Assembly: GCA_965205015.1 (NCBI GenBank)
Contig: OZ242029.1
Coordinates: 4,800,001 to 4,864,000, forward strand
Reading direction: 5' to 3'
DNA from: Candidatus Poribacteria bacterium
GTDB lineage: Bacteria; Poribacteria; WGA-4E; WGA-3G
DNA: 64,000 nt
Position numbers and translations under genes: made by a program
Part shown: positions 28,772 to 39,270 of the stretch, piece by piece
How the letters are laid out: each line of letters opens with the position of its first letter
Position numbering within the stretch: the first letter of the stretch is position 1
Notes under the pieces: generated by a model
What the model was told of the DNA's origin: nothing
What the model saw: the letters and a program-made list of their open reading frames with translations, nothing else
The model's database searches: none

Positions 28772-29902
28772 CTACAAATTCCGATGGACAGCCACCCTTG
28801 TCCTACCAATGTTCGCAACCTCACAGTAGGCATCAACTCGCTTTGCGATGTCAAGCAATTGCGCCTCTGATATATCCCCCGACGGCTCCAAGTCCGTCAC
28901 CAGATGTGTCAGTTCCTCGTCTGCATCAATAGCACCGCGATGCGCCAATTCCTCCAAAAAAGTCGGTGTGTCCAAATTCGGATTGACCCGCCAACGGTTT
29001 CCAAGATCCGTCCTGAACGTGTCGCGAATATGCCTTAAAATTTCAGGGCGCGTGTTGCCTTTCTGATACAGGTCGGTCATGGCGTGGACGTACTCGGCAC
29101 TCAAACGTCTACTTTTCTCCTGCACATCTAACGGCTTTCCAAACCGACGCCCCCTTAGCATGAGAAAAACGAACAGGATGATGCAGATATAGACAGCCCC
29201 CAAACCACCCCGTGTCCCAAACACGAGTGCCGCAAACGGATCCGGGGGTTTTGTCTCAGTCGTGTAATATCTCTTTTCAGCAAGTCCAATTCGTGCGTTG
29301 CGTGGCAGCATTGATAGGAGATTATAGAGGAGCGTAGCGTTCCCCTCATCATACCGTAGTCCATTTTTGTGGAATAGATAAGCAGATGCGATGAGGAAGA
29401 CGCGTCCTGCACCCTGGCGTAGCGTCACAACCACTGCGCCGTCCTCTGTTCCATAGAGCGCAGCGACTTCGCGCCCCAGAGGCTCAAGCACAAAATTTGT
29501 ACGGACGCGAATCTCGTCGACTGGATGCTGCGGAAAGAACGGCTCGTCCGCAATTCGGTGTGAAAATTCCCGACTTTCTGGTAACTCGCGCAGTTTCAAA
29601 CCATACACACTGAAAAATCTGTCCAAGACTCGGTCGTTCCCAGCCACAATTAAGGTGCCGCCGGTATTGACGAAATCCTGTATCTCCTTAACTTCCGTTT
29701 CCGTCGGCGCCTTGTTGAGATCCTGCAGGAACAAGGCATCGTATCGCTCCAAACGCGCAGGATATATCTCGGATATTTCCGTGACGCGGAACTTCAGCTG
29801 ATGTAAGGTCCGATGCAGGACGGTGCCGTCGATAAATGAATCACACGACATCTGAAAGCAGATAAGCGCAATTAAGATAGGGGCAAATTTAGTGCCGAGC
29901 AT
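28772..29902 (-). CDS. DUF4350-type membrane protein
   Basis: FVNTGGTLIV, G.G.V.LI, RRFGKP, EYVHAM..LY; locus context. Confidence 0.75.
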   Translation of the reverse strand: MLGTKFAPILIALICFQMSCDSFIDGTVLHRTLHQLKFRVTEISEIYPARLERYDALFLQDLNKAPTETEVKEIQDFVNTGGTLIVAGNDRVLDRFFSVYGLKLRELPESREFSHRIADEPFFPQHPVDEIRVRTNFVLEPLGREVAALYGTEDGAVVVTLRQGAGRVFLIASAYLFHKNGLRYDEGNATLLYNLLSMLPRNARIGLAEKRYYTTETKPPDPFAALVFGTRGGLGAVYICIILFVFLMLRGRRFGKPLDVQEKSRRLSAEYVHAMTDLYQKGNTRPEILRHIRDTFRTDLGNRWRVNPNLDTPTFLEELAHRGAIDADEELTHLVTDLEPSGDISEAQLLDIAKRVDAYCEVANIGRTRVAVHRNL

Positions 29903-30515
29903 AGACTTTCTGTAATAGGTCTCGGTAATCCGCGAGGGTTTTTGCATCGCACGGTTTATGTCCGTACCACACCTCATCAAAAAGGGTAACCACGGGTCCG
30001 AGCGTCGTCTGCAGGTCAACCTCCGCTTGTGCTTGATGGAGATATTCGCGATTGGTGAGACTCTTATCGTAAGGGAGTACGCCGCGTTCCTGAAGATGCA
30101 AAATCGCCGAGAGATATAGGAAACGGAGCGCACCGCGAAAGTCGCTCGCTGCTTCCGCTGTCTCCGCAGACGCAAGGGCAGCCCGCTCCGTCTCTACGCG
30201 CGCCTGTGCGGTATTTGACCCATCGTCGCGCGCTTCAACAATCAGGTGCCTTCGGATTTGTCGGATAAAAAAGACGACTACAATTGTCAGGGCGACAGCC
30301 CCAAGCGGGAACAACACATACCTGAGATCCGCATCCCATCCCTCCCTGGGTTCCAGGATCTTCGCCAAAGCCTTCCGGTATTCTTCGTAAGAGACATCCA
30401 TCTGTGCTCGCGTCTCTAATTCTTCGCGAAATGTCTGTTCTTCAACCGTCATCCCGAACAGTTGGGAAACTGTGATGAAACAGACGATAACGCCAACGCA
30501 AACCCACTTTTTCAC
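29889..30515 (-). CDS. DUF4129 membrane protein
   Basis: ALRFLYL..L..L; SLTNREY; F.EVWYG. Confidence 0.8.
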   Translation of the reverse strand: MKKWVCVGVIVCFITVSQLFGMTVEEQTFREELETRAQMDVSYEEYRKALAKILEPREGWDADLRYVLFPLGAVALTIVVVFFIRQIRRHLIVEARDDGSNTAQARVETERAALASAETAEAASDFRGALRFLYLSAILHLQERGVLPYDKSLTNREYLHQAQAEVDLQTTLGPVVTLFDEVWYGHKPCDAKTLADYRDLLQKVYARH

Positions 30516-30517
30516 AG

Positions 30518-31618
30518 TTATACCGCCTCTTTTAGAGCGTTCGATTCCACACACACCCGTTCCAAATATAGTAGCGTCGTTAAAATTGCCCATATTGACA
30601 CCCAAAAGGTAGCGATCAAACCGCTGACGATACGAATTGCCATCGTAGCAGGAACACTCAATAACTCCGGCAATACGACCTCAATATCACCACCTATGAA
30701 GAGGCTCAAGAATTTGAGAGGCGGTAACGCATCGCGAACCTGTGCGAGATCTGGGACGAATACAGAAAACACCAACAACACAGCACCAAGCAGCACAGAA
30801 GTAACAACTGAGGCGATCCAACCCGTCAGAAGATAGATTCCGAAGAAACGCACTCTCGCGCCACGCACCAACGCATGACTCCGGCGAAAAATGCCTATGA
30901 TGGAGTTGTTCTCAAGAATGAGACATGGATTGTAAAGGCTCAATGTCACCAGAAAATAGGCCTGGAAAGCCATAACCAGAATGAATGGCAATTCCATGGG
31001 TAAAGCCTGATACAGTGAAGGCACCAACCATGGAACCAAACCATAGAGAATATAGCTCATCAGATCCACAATTGTGACGAAAAATAAAAAAGCGATGAAA
31101 ATTTTAAAACCCTTACGTCCAGTCCACTGCCACATTTCACGGGCTGTTGGCGGCACTGAAACCCCTGAGCCGCCCGATATACGGGCAACAGCGAGGGATA
31201 ACGGACAGAATGTTAGTAGCAAGAGGATGAAAGGCCCGGACTCGAGGCTTCGGAAATTGAGCTCCCATTTCCACGTAATGCCTTTAGTGTCGGTTTTACT
31301 GAAATACGGAATCGGGTAGAGTTGCCAATCCGCACCCCGTGAGGGCCTCGTGTCTGTGATCAGGTTTTCCGTGGTATCCGTTATCGTTAGGTGAATTCCG
31401 CGGACAGTGTTGACATTACTGGTAACTGCGTAGACATTGGGATCCCAATCGCTAACATCCTTCTCAAATCGTGAGAGGGTATAGAACAACAAGGGAATCT
31501 CTAATATGACCGCGATAATCGCAACCGGCATCATAATCCGCCAGAACAGTCCCCAGTGACTGCGATACAGCGTGACAATTGTGCCGGCAAGGTCCTTGAT
31601 GTGCTGAGCGTTAGGCAT
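30518..31618 (-). CDS. Multi-pass membrane protein (paralogue 1 of 3)
   Basis: LYR.H..LF, RRS..LVRG...R, TLLY.E shared with the two neighbours. Confidence 0.7.
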   Translation of the reverse strand: MPNAQHIKDLAGTIVTLYRSHWGLFWRIMMPVAIIAVILEIPLLFYTLSRFEKDVSDWDPNVYAVTSNVNTVRGIHLTITDTTENLITDTRPSRGADWQLYPIPYFSKTDTKGITWKWELNFRSLESGPFILLLLTFCPLSLAVARISGGSGVSVPPTAREMWQWTGRKGFKIFIAFLFFVTIVDLMSYILYGLVPWLVPSLYQALPMELPFILVMAFQAYFLVTLSLYNPCLILENNSIIGIFRRSHALVRGARVRFFGIYLLTGWIASVVTSVLLGAVLLVFSVFVPDLAQVRDALPPLKFLSLFIGGDIEVVLPELLSVPATMAIRIVSGLIATFWVSIWAILTTLLYLERVCVESNALKEAV

Positions 31619-31663
31619 TCCGATTTCCTTGAGGTTGTGTGTGAAAGGGACGGAAATGCGTGC

Positions 31664-32542
31664 TTAATCCGTCACCTGCATCTCAATATCAAACGCCTCT
31701 TTCCGAATCCGTAAGTCAAAGTAGAGCAACGTAGAACCGATGATGCCGATCGGCATCGTGAGTGCCGTAATGCTGAGGGTCACCAAACGCCGAATCGTAT
31801 AAGAGACCCATCCAATTTCGCCTGGGGTTGGAAGAAAGAGTTGACGAAGTGTGTCTAAAACCCCCGTAGGTGGTTCGATTTCAGCAACCCCCATCCACGA
31901 GAGAAGGAATCCTGAAGATACCTCAAGTATAAAATTTATCATGAAAGCGATAAGAGAAACCGCCAACATAATTCCAAAAATTCGCCACCAAGTATCTTTC
32001 ACCAATTCGGTACTGCGGCGCAACGCGTTTCTCGCCGTAGCCCCTTCAAACAGCACAGGGAGCGGATAGAGTCCCCACCGAACTGAAAAATAGATTGCAA
32101 ACGGAATACCAACTATCGTAACCGTCAAACCGCCAACAACGAACGACCAGAGGATAAGACCCCCAAGGTACGTCCACAGCCGTTGCCACGCTCGGTGCAA
32201 AGCCGCCCCCGGCGTTATCTCTCTGCCTAAGTAGATGTGTGCGCTTGCGTATGCCAGCCCAGCGACGACCCAGGTAGATACCACAATCCCAAATAGAACC
32301 GTGACGATCAATACCCCTCCACTTGTACTCAACGTGCCATCTATCTCAAGCAGAAACACCGAAATCTGGTCCATACCAAATGATAGGAGGAGATAAAAGG
32401 CGACAATCCCTAAAAACAATCGGAAGTGGTTTCGATAGAAACTGAACATCCCGTCCAGAATATCCGTGAAATCCATCGGTTGTAGAGGTGTAGTCCCGGT
32501 CTCACTGCTGTTCACATGTGCTAAATCGTTGTGTTCTTGCAT
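31664..32542 (-). CDS. Multi-pass membrane protein (paralogue 2)
   Basis: PMDFTDILD..F.FYR; LLYFDLRIRKEAFDIE. Confidence 0.8.
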   Translation of the reverse strand: MQEHNDLAHVNSSETGTTPLQPMDFTDILDGMFSFYRNHFRLFLGIVAFYLLLSFGMDQISVFLLEIDGTLSTSGGVLIVTVLFGIVVSTWVVAGLAYASAHIYLGREITPGAALHRAWQRLWTYLGGLILWSFVVGGLTVTIVGIPFAIYFSVRWGLYPLPVLFEGATARNALRRSTELVKDTWWRIFGIMLAVSLIAFMINFILEVSSGFLLSWMGVAEIEPPTGVLDTLRQLFLPTPGEIGWVSYTIRRLVTLSITALTMPIGIIGSTLLYFDLRIRKEAFDIEMQVTD

Positions 32543-32586
32543 ATTCTCTCGCCTTTGAAAAGATTTATCGGAATACGGTTATTATA

Positions 32587-33450
32587 TCACATCTCCTGAT
32601 TTGCTCGCATCTCAATATCAAAACCTTCCTTCTGGATCCGTTGATTGAAGTATAAGAGGGTGACACCGATAACCCAAATCGGAAAGGTGAAAAAGGAAAG
32701 TGAAAAATGGACGCCCGTTATCATTATATACAGGATGAGATCGTCTGGCGTGAAAATAGAATTGCCAATCGTCGCCCATTCAATGATGTCTATGAAATCG
32801 ACTTCACCAGCGCCCCCGCTTAAAACAAGAATAAATCCAACAGAAATTTCAAACACGGCATGGATCGCAGCACTGAGTAGGTAAACAGCGAGTAACATTC
32901 CACACACCCGCCACCACATCCCCCTAACCAACTCACTGCTACGGCTTAAGGCATCGCGCGCAGAGACGCCCTCAAGCAGCAACGTTTCAACGAAGAAGCC
33001 CCAGCGCGCCGCAAAATAGAGCGCAAACGGGATACCCACAATTGTAACAGCCAAAACGACAACCACAAGTGACCAGAGCAAGGCAGCCCCGAGTAACGGA
33101 AAAAGCCGTTGCCGTACTCGCCCTAAAGCAGCACGAGCGGTAATTCGTCCCCCTACATAGAGTGCAGCACTTGCAACGACGATTCCACCTATACTTACAA
33201 TCAAACAAAATATCGAAATGACGAGTGCTAATGCCAGCCGTAGAAAATCTGGCACAATAAGCCGCGGAAAATCAATCAATAACTGTCCGATGAGTTCAGC
33301 AAACAGAGAAACGGCAGCGATCCCTAAAAACAGTCGGAAGTGACGCCGATAGAGACTGAACATCGCATCCAGAATGTCCGTAAATCCCATAGCCCGGAGT
33401 ATTGGTATCTTGGGATTATTTGATTTTGAGGCGTCGGTTGGCTCTAACAT
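32587..33450 (-). CDS. Multi-pass membrane protein (paralogue 3)
   Basis: AMGFTDILD; LLYFNQRIQKEGFDIE. Confidence 0.8.
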   Translation of the reverse strand: MLEPTDASKSNNPKIPILRAMGFTDILDAMFSLYRRHFRLFLGIAAVSLFAELIGQLLIDFPRLIVPDFLRLALALVISIFCLIVSIGGIVVASAALYVGGRITARAALGRVRQRLFPLLGAALLWSLVVVVLAVTIVGIPFALYFAARWGFFVETLLLEGVSARDALSRSSELVRGMWWRVCGMLLAVYLLSAAIHAVFEISVGFILVLSGGAGEVDFIDIIEWATIGNSIFTPDDLILYIMITGVHFSLSFFTFPIWVIGVTLLYFNQRIQKEGFDIEMRANQEM

Positions 33451-33597
33451 ACATTCCTAATCCAAAGTGATCTCTATTGTTCTGAAATCATTTTATAGGT
33501 TCCACGCCTTCATGTCAAGAGCGAATGCATTGCTTCAGGCAGAGAAGTATGGTATACTCTACCTACAATAGAAATCAACTACACAGGAGAAATCGGA

Positions 33598-34503
33598 ATG
33601 CATAGCGGGCGCGTGAGATGGAAAGATAGATGTGTCTATCGGATAGTGTCTATGTTCGGGTGGGGGTGTCGTCGTCTTCCGAAGGGGTGGGCACTGCAAC
33701 TCGGAAGCGGTATAGGAATGTTGTGCTATCATTTCATCAAAAAACGCAGGGAGATTGCGCTCAAAAACCTACAGATTGCGTTCGGCAACCAGTTCACAAA
33801 CTCACAACGGATAGAGATTTGCAAGGCGAGTTTCATCAATGTTGGCAAAACCTGTATTGAGTTCCTCCGGTTCCCCAAACTCAACGCTGAAAACATCTGG
33901 CACGACGTTACAGTAGAAGGCGCAGAAAATCTCCACACAGCCTTGGCAGGTGGCAAAGGTGCGATTGTGTTCCTACCCCATTTCGGGAATTGGGAACTCC
34001 TTTCACTCGTCTACGGTGCGCTGATTCCCGATCGTGCGAAAGCCATCGCTTTCCCGCTGAAAAACGCGCGACTCAACACCTACATTTGGCGACATCGCGA
34101 GCAGATGCGTCTAAAATTGATCCCTCGGAAGCGTGCGATCCGAGAAACACTGCGCGCCCTGAAAAACAACGATGCAGTCGGTTTTTTCGCAGATCAGAAC
34201 GCCGGTCGAGAAGGGGTATTCGTCAATTTTTTGGGAAAACCCGCCTCAGCCGTCCGGGGTCCCGTTACATTAGCCCTCAAGACCGGGGCAGCCCTCCTCT
34301 TCTCAATCAGCATCCGCCAACCCGACGATCGACATCGCGTCTACATCTTACCCCCAATTCACTCCACCCCGTCCGACGACCCTGAGAGAGACGTTGAAAC
34401 TTACACAACACAGATGCTGAAACAGTTAGAAGCATATATCCATAAATACCCCGAACAGTGGCTTTGGCTCCATAACCGCTGGAAAACGCAACCGCCCCCA
34501 TAA
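33598..34503 (+). CDS. Lipid A late acyltransferase (HtrB/LpxL family)
   Basis: HFGNWE, ADQ, PEQWLWLHNRWK. Confidence 0.9.
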   Translation: MHSGRVRWKDRCVYRIVSMFGWGCRRLPKGWALQLGSGIGMLCYHFIKKRREIALKNLQIAFGNQFTNSQRIEICKASFINVGKTCIEFLRFPKLNAENIWHDVTVEGAENLHTALAGGKGAIVFLPHFGNWELLSLVYGALIPDRAKAIAFPLKNARLNTYIWRHREQMRLKLIPRKRAIRETLRALKNNDAVGFFADQNAGREGVFVNFLGKPASAVRGPVTLALKTGAALLFSISIRQPDDRHRVYILPPIHSTPSDDPERDVETYTTQMLKQLEAYIHKYPEQWLWLHNRWKTQPPP

Positions 34504-34604
34504 AAATTGTGTTGCATCCATACTGAATTCGTGGTAAAATAGAGAAGATTCCCAAAAAGAGTGAAAACGTTGCGCCACCTTTTGAACCGTAGAGGGAAAA
34601 TCTC

Positions 34605-36152
34605 ATGAAAAGATACACCTTGTCCTTCATCGTCTTAGTGTTTGCTATCGGTATCCCGTTTCTGCTTATTCATCCGAATGAAAAAGATGCCATCAGCGGA
34701 GACGAACGCGTCACCGGTGTGATGTTAACCGACGCTTTGTCAACCGCTATCCGTATCACGAAAAAAAATTACTACAAACCGATCGAAGACACTCATGACC
34801 TCTTCCGCGGCTCCATCAAAGGGGCTCTCGCCTCCCTCGATGACCCCTACACCTATTATATCAAACCGCGCGACCACCAACGGGCTGTCGAAAATCTTTA
34901 CAATGCCGAATTTGGAGGCCTTGGTATTCATATCTATCCTGATCATCGCGGATTTATTAAGATCTCTAAACCGATTCCAAACACTCCCGCTGCACTTGCC
35001 AATCTCCAAGCAGGAGATTACATCACCAAAGTCAACGGCAAACGGATTCACCTCAGCGAAAAAACCGGCATGACGCGCGACGATGTCATCGATCTGCTCA
35101 GAGGAAAAGCGGGTACCGATGTGACAATCACAGTACAACGCAAATTCCTTGAACCTTTCGAGGTAACCCTGACCCGCGCCATTGTTCCTATCAGGAGCGT
35201 AAAGTCAACGATGCTTGACAGCGATATCGGATACATTCAGATATCAGGATTTATCGGAAACAAGGAAGGCACAGAAGTAGAGTTTAAAAACGCCCTTGCG
35301 GCACACAAAGCCGCCGGTATGAAAGCCCTCATCTTAGATTTGCGGGACAACCAAGGTGGACTCCTGAATGCCGCATATCACATCGCCGATGCTTTTATTG
35401 AAGAAGGACTCATCGTGTCGACAAGAAGCGAAACAAACAGCCAATTCAATGAAGAATATCCGGCAACATCCAACCTCTTGTGTCCACCCGATATTCCCCT
35501 CGTCGTCCTTGTCAACGAATACAGCGCGAGTGCCTCCGAAATCGTAGCAGGTGCGATTAAGGATACGCGCCGTGGTATCCTCGTTGGAAAGAAAACCTAT
35601 GGTAAAGGGGTCGTCCAAAAACGCTACGAACTACTCCCTGACGGCACTTCAATGTCGCTGACGATCTCCACGTATTATACGCCTAATGGCACCTCAATTA
35701 ACGAGGTAGGGATCACGCCACAAGTCTCTATCAACCTCGAAGAACCCAATGAGGTAGAAGAGATAATGCTCAGACAAGCGGATTCAACCGATTCTGTCGA
35801 AAATTTCGTCTCAAAATGGATTGATGACGCCCATCAAACCCCCGGTGAAATGCCAAAAGATTTCTCGCTGCTCGAAACTGAGCTGCCAAAATTACAGCAA
35901 ACGCTCGAAGAAGAAAACATCACTATCAGTTTACGGTGGCTCACACAGCGTGCAGAGCGACTCTTTAATCTATATGTCGGTATCGATCAGGTAGTGAATT
36001 TAGCGTACGACCGACAATTGCGGGAGGCGATTCGCATCATTAATGCCGATGAAGTTGGAAAGTATCTCATCCCTTCACCCGAAGAAACAGAACCGCCTTC
36101 GACGACCCAAGCGAACGTCCCATTGGAAGATGAGGTTATCACGGAAGAATAG
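34605..36152 (+). CDS. ctpA: S41 carboxyl-terminal processing protease
   Basis: PDZ GGLGI; LDLRDNQGG; SASASEIVAGA; TYGKGVVQ. Confidence 0.9.
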   Translation: MKRYTLSFIVLVFAIGIPFLLIHPNEKDAISGDERVTGVMLTDALSTAIRITKKNYYKPIEDTHDLFRGSIKGALASLDDPYTYYIKPRDHQRAVENLYNAEFGGLGIHIYPDHRGFIKISKPIPNTPAALANLQAGDYITKVNGKRIHLSEKTGMTRDDVIDLLRGKAGTDVTITVQRKFLEPFEVTLTRAIVPIRSVKSTMLDSDIGYIQISGFIGNKEGTEVEFKNALAAHKAAGMKALILDLRDNQGGLLNAAYHIADAFIEEGLIVSTRSETNSQFNEEYPATSNLLCPPDIPLVVLVNEYSASASEIVAGAIKDTRRGILVGKKTYGKGVVQKRYELLPDGTSMSLTISTYYTPNGTSINEVGITPQVSINLEEPNEVEEIMLRQADSTDSVENFVSKWIDDAHQTPGEMPKDFSLLETELPKLQQTLEEENITISLRWLTQRAERLFNLYVGIDQVVNLAYDRQLREAIRIINADEVGKYLIPSPEETEPPSTTQANVPLEDEVITEE

Positions 36153-36228
36153 TTGTTAGTTGTCGGTTAAGAGGTTTTCGTTTCACAAACCCGCCTTGTA
36201 ACCGACAACCGATAGCCATTCCAAAAAC

Positions 36229-38160
36229 ATGAATTCCAGACCCGCGAACCCACCCGATGTCATCACGAAAAAAGCACTCATTGTCGGACTCATTCTGGTT
36301 GTCGTTAACGCCTATTGGGTAGGGATAGCGAGTGAACTCTGGTATGCCGTCTACACACTCGTTTCCCCGTTCTCGAATGCAGTTTTCACGCTCTTTGTGC
36401 TGCTCGCCCTCAACGTCCTCCTCCGTAAAGGCGCGCCCCGCCTCGCCTTCACCCCCGCAGAACTGCTGCTCATCTATATTATGGTGACGATGGTGTCCAC
36501 CATCTCAGGACACGCAATGATGGCGATCCTTATGGGGACGCTCGCACATCCGTTCTGGTTCGCGAGTCCTGAGAACGAATGGGCACAACTCTTTCTACAT
36601 CACATCCCGCCATGGCTCACAGTCCATGAATTCGAGTGGTTAGCCGGCTACTATGAAGGCGAATCGAGCATCTATTGGGCAGAACATCTCCGCATTTGGA
36701 TTAGACCCGCGCTTCTCTGGTCAGGCTTCATCTTTCTCCTCTACGGTTCATTGCTCTGTTTAGGACTCCTGCTCCGTAAGCAGTGGATGGAACGCGAAAA
36801 ACTGAGTTTTCCACTCACACAATTGCCGTTGCAAATGACAATCCATCGCAGTTTTTTCCGTTCCCGCGCCCTCTGGTTCGGATTCGGAATCGCCGCGCTC
36901 CTCCGTATAATGGCTGGGTTGCACGACATTTTCCCAGTCATCCCGGCATTGCCACCCAACTATCGTCTCGATAAGCACTTTACGGAACGTCCCTGGAATG
37001 CGATCGGCTACGCCTCAATGTCCTTTAACCTCGCAATCGTCGGATTAACCTATTTCATGCCCCTCGACCTTGCGTTCTCGACGTGGTTCTTTTTCTGGCT
37101 CACCCGTGCCGAACGCGTCATCGCAAGCGCAGTCGGGGTCACAAACATCAGCGTCCTGCATCTCAATGACCGCGCATCGGGGGCTTGGGTGGGTATCGCC
37201 GTGTTGACGCTCTGGATGAGCCGTCGGCATTTCGCTCGCTTTTTCCGACACGTGATCGGAAGCGACCGCGGGGACGATAGCAACGAGCCTTTCTCCTATC
37301 GGACAACAGGGGTCCTGACCGTGCTGAGTATAGGACTCGTCTTCGGATTCTGCTATGCTGCGGGTATGTCATTGTGGGCAATCAGCGTATTTTACGCCCT
37401 ATTTATCGCGTTTGCGATAGCGATCGGACGCGTCCGAGCTGAACTCGGTCCGCCTTATCACGAAGTCATCGGCATCAACCCACGTCAGATGATGGTGAGT
37501 ATGTTCGGCACACGACAATTAGGGGCTGCAAACCTGACGGTAATGACGTTCCTCTATGCTTTCAATCGTTGCAACCGTTCACATCCGATGCCGAACCAGA
37601 TTGAATCGCTGCGGATTGGCGAACGTTCAGGAATGCCCGGCAAAACCTTGCTCTTAGGAATGGCACTTGCAATCGCAGTCGGTGCGCTGGCGACGTTCTG
37701 GACGTATCTGCAAGTCGCTTACCAGTACGGCGTGTTGGCACAATGCCAAGGCGTCGTCGGACGCTTCGGCTGGGAGAGTTTCAACCCGCTTCAGAGCTGG
37801 TTACAGCACCCCAAAGAACCAGATGTGAGCGCGATAACCTTTATGTGCGGTGGGTTCGCCTTTGTATTCGTCCTTAACTTCTTACGGACACGTCTGTTAT
37901 GGTGGACGCTACATCCATCGGGTTATGTGTTGTCAGGCGCGTCATGGGGTGGACTCATCTATTTCTGGTTTCCCGTCATGGTAAGCTGGCTCATCAAGTT
38001 TTTGATTCTCCGTTTCTCAGGCTGGCAAACATACCGTAAAGCGATCCCCTTCTTTCTCGGATTGGTTTTGGGGGATTACATACCGCGGAGTATCCTGAGT
38101 CTCATCAGTTTTGCCTTGCACCTCTACATGCCATCATCCGGTGCGGGGCACACACTTTAG
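36229..38160 (+). CDS. Polytopic membrane protein, DUF6785/OPT-like putative transporter
   Basis: RKQW..EKLSFPL; R.RAELG; W.LHP.GY; PFFLGLVLG. Confidence 0.7.
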   Translation: MNSRPANPPDVITKKALIVGLILVVVNAYWVGIASELWYAVYTLVSPFSNAVFTLFVLLALNVLLRKGAPRLAFTPAELLLIYIMVTMVSTISGHAMMAILMGTLAHPFWFASPENEWAQLFLHHIPPWLTVHEFEWLAGYYEGESSIYWAEHLRIWIRPALLWSGFIFLLYGSLLCLGLLLRKQWMEREKLSFPLTQLPLQMTIHRSFFRSRALWFGFGIAALLRIMAGLHDIFPVIPALPPNYRLDKHFTERPWNAIGYASMSFNLAIVGLTYFMPLDLAFSTWFFFWLTRAERVIASAVGVTNISVLHLNDRASGAWVGIAVLTLWMSRRHFARFFRHVIGSDRGDDSNEPFSYRTTGVLTVLSIGLVFGFCYAAGMSLWAISVFYALFIAFAIAIGRVRAELGPPYHEVIGINPRQMMVSMFGTRQLGAANLTVMTFLYAFNRCNRSHPMPNQIESLRIGERSGMPGKTLLLGMALAIAVGALATFWTYLQVAYQYGVLAQCQGVVGRFGWESFNPLQSWLQHPKEPDVSAITFMCGGFAFVFVLNFLRTRLLWWTLHPSGYVLSGASWGGLIYFWFPVMVSWLIKFLILRFSGWQTYRKAIPFFLGLVLGDYIPRSILSLISFALHLYMPSSGAGHTL

Positions 38161-38231
38161 ACACTCTGCGTTGGCGAGGTTAGGGAACCTCGCCAGCGGG
38201 GGCAAGGTGTAACCATCAGGAAGCGATAAAA

Positions 38232-39263
38232 ATGACACCATTACTCACTGTCGAATCCATCACAAAGCAATTTGCCACTACTCCTGTTGTGAAAGATGTC
38301 AGTTTCACGGTTTATCCAGGGGAAATCTTCGCGCTTTTGGGACCCAGCGGTTGCGGGAAAACGACAACCTTACGGATAGTCGCTGGATTTGAAACTACAG
38401 ACACCGGCAGAATCTCCATGGCAGAACGCACACTTGCTGATAGCGATACCCACGTCCCGCCCGAATCACGCGGAATTGGCTTTGTGTTTCAGGACTACGC
38501 CCTCTTTCCACACAAAAATGTGCTTGATAACGTTGCCTTTGGACTGCGAAAGGTGCCGAAAAAAATACGGCAGGAAAGAGCGTTAGCGGTGTTGGATATG
38601 GTCGGCATGACGGACTTACAGTCGCGTTTACCGCACCATCTCTCTGGTGGCGAGCAGCAGCGGGTCGCATTGGCGCGCGCCATCATTGCACGTCCGAAAC
38701 TGCTCCTCTTAGACGAACCCTTTTCAAGTCTCGATCCGGGGTTACGGCAGTCTACCCGTGAGGAAGTCCGTACGCTCCTGAAAGCCGAAGGGATCAGCGC
38801 AGTGCTCGTAACACACGCTCAGGAGGAGGCGTTGAGTTTTGCTGAGCGGTTGGGTGTGATGAAAGCGGGTACCCTCGAACAGATCGGCACCCCCGAGACG
38901 GTGTATCGCCATCCGAAAACGGCGTATGTCGCAGATTTTTTGGGACAGACAAATTTTATTCGCGCAGACATCAAAGATGGGATCGCAGAAACCCCGTTCG
39001 GACGTGTGAAAGTAGAAGGGACTGGAAGTGAAAACGCACTTCTCTCTATCCGACCGGAGTGTTTGACGATGATGCCTCCTGAGACGCAGCGCGACACTCA
39101 AAATGGACGTGTTGTCGGGCAGGCGTTCAAAGGACACGATTTCACATATCAGGTCGAGATGGACGGACAGCAGTACTTCGTCCAGACCGACCACCGTTGC
39201 CCGTTTCAGATAGGAGACCCAGTTCTGTTGAAAGCAGAATCAGCAATAGCAGTCACGCCATAA
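38232..39263 (+). CDS. ABC transporter ATPase (FbpC/PotA-like, TOBE domain)
   Basis: [29 protein letters not shown]. Confidence 0.9.
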   Translation: MTPLLTVESITKQFATTPVVKDVSFTVYPGEIFALLGPSGCGKTTTLRIVAGFETTDTGRISMAERTLADSDTHVPPESRGIGFVFQDYALFPHKNVLDNVAFGLRKVPKKIRQERALAVLDMVGMTDLQSRLPHHLSGGEQQRVALARAIIARPKLLLLDEPFSSLDPGLRQSTREEVRTLLKAEGISAVLVTHAQEEALSFAERLGVMKAGTLEQIGTPETVYRHPKTAYVADFLGQTNFIRADIKDGIAETPFGRVKVEGTGSENALLSIRPECLTMMPPETQRDTQNGRVVGQAFKGHDFTYQVEMDGQQYFVQTDHRCPFQIGDPVLLKAESAIAVTP

Positions 39264-39270
39264 CTACAAA

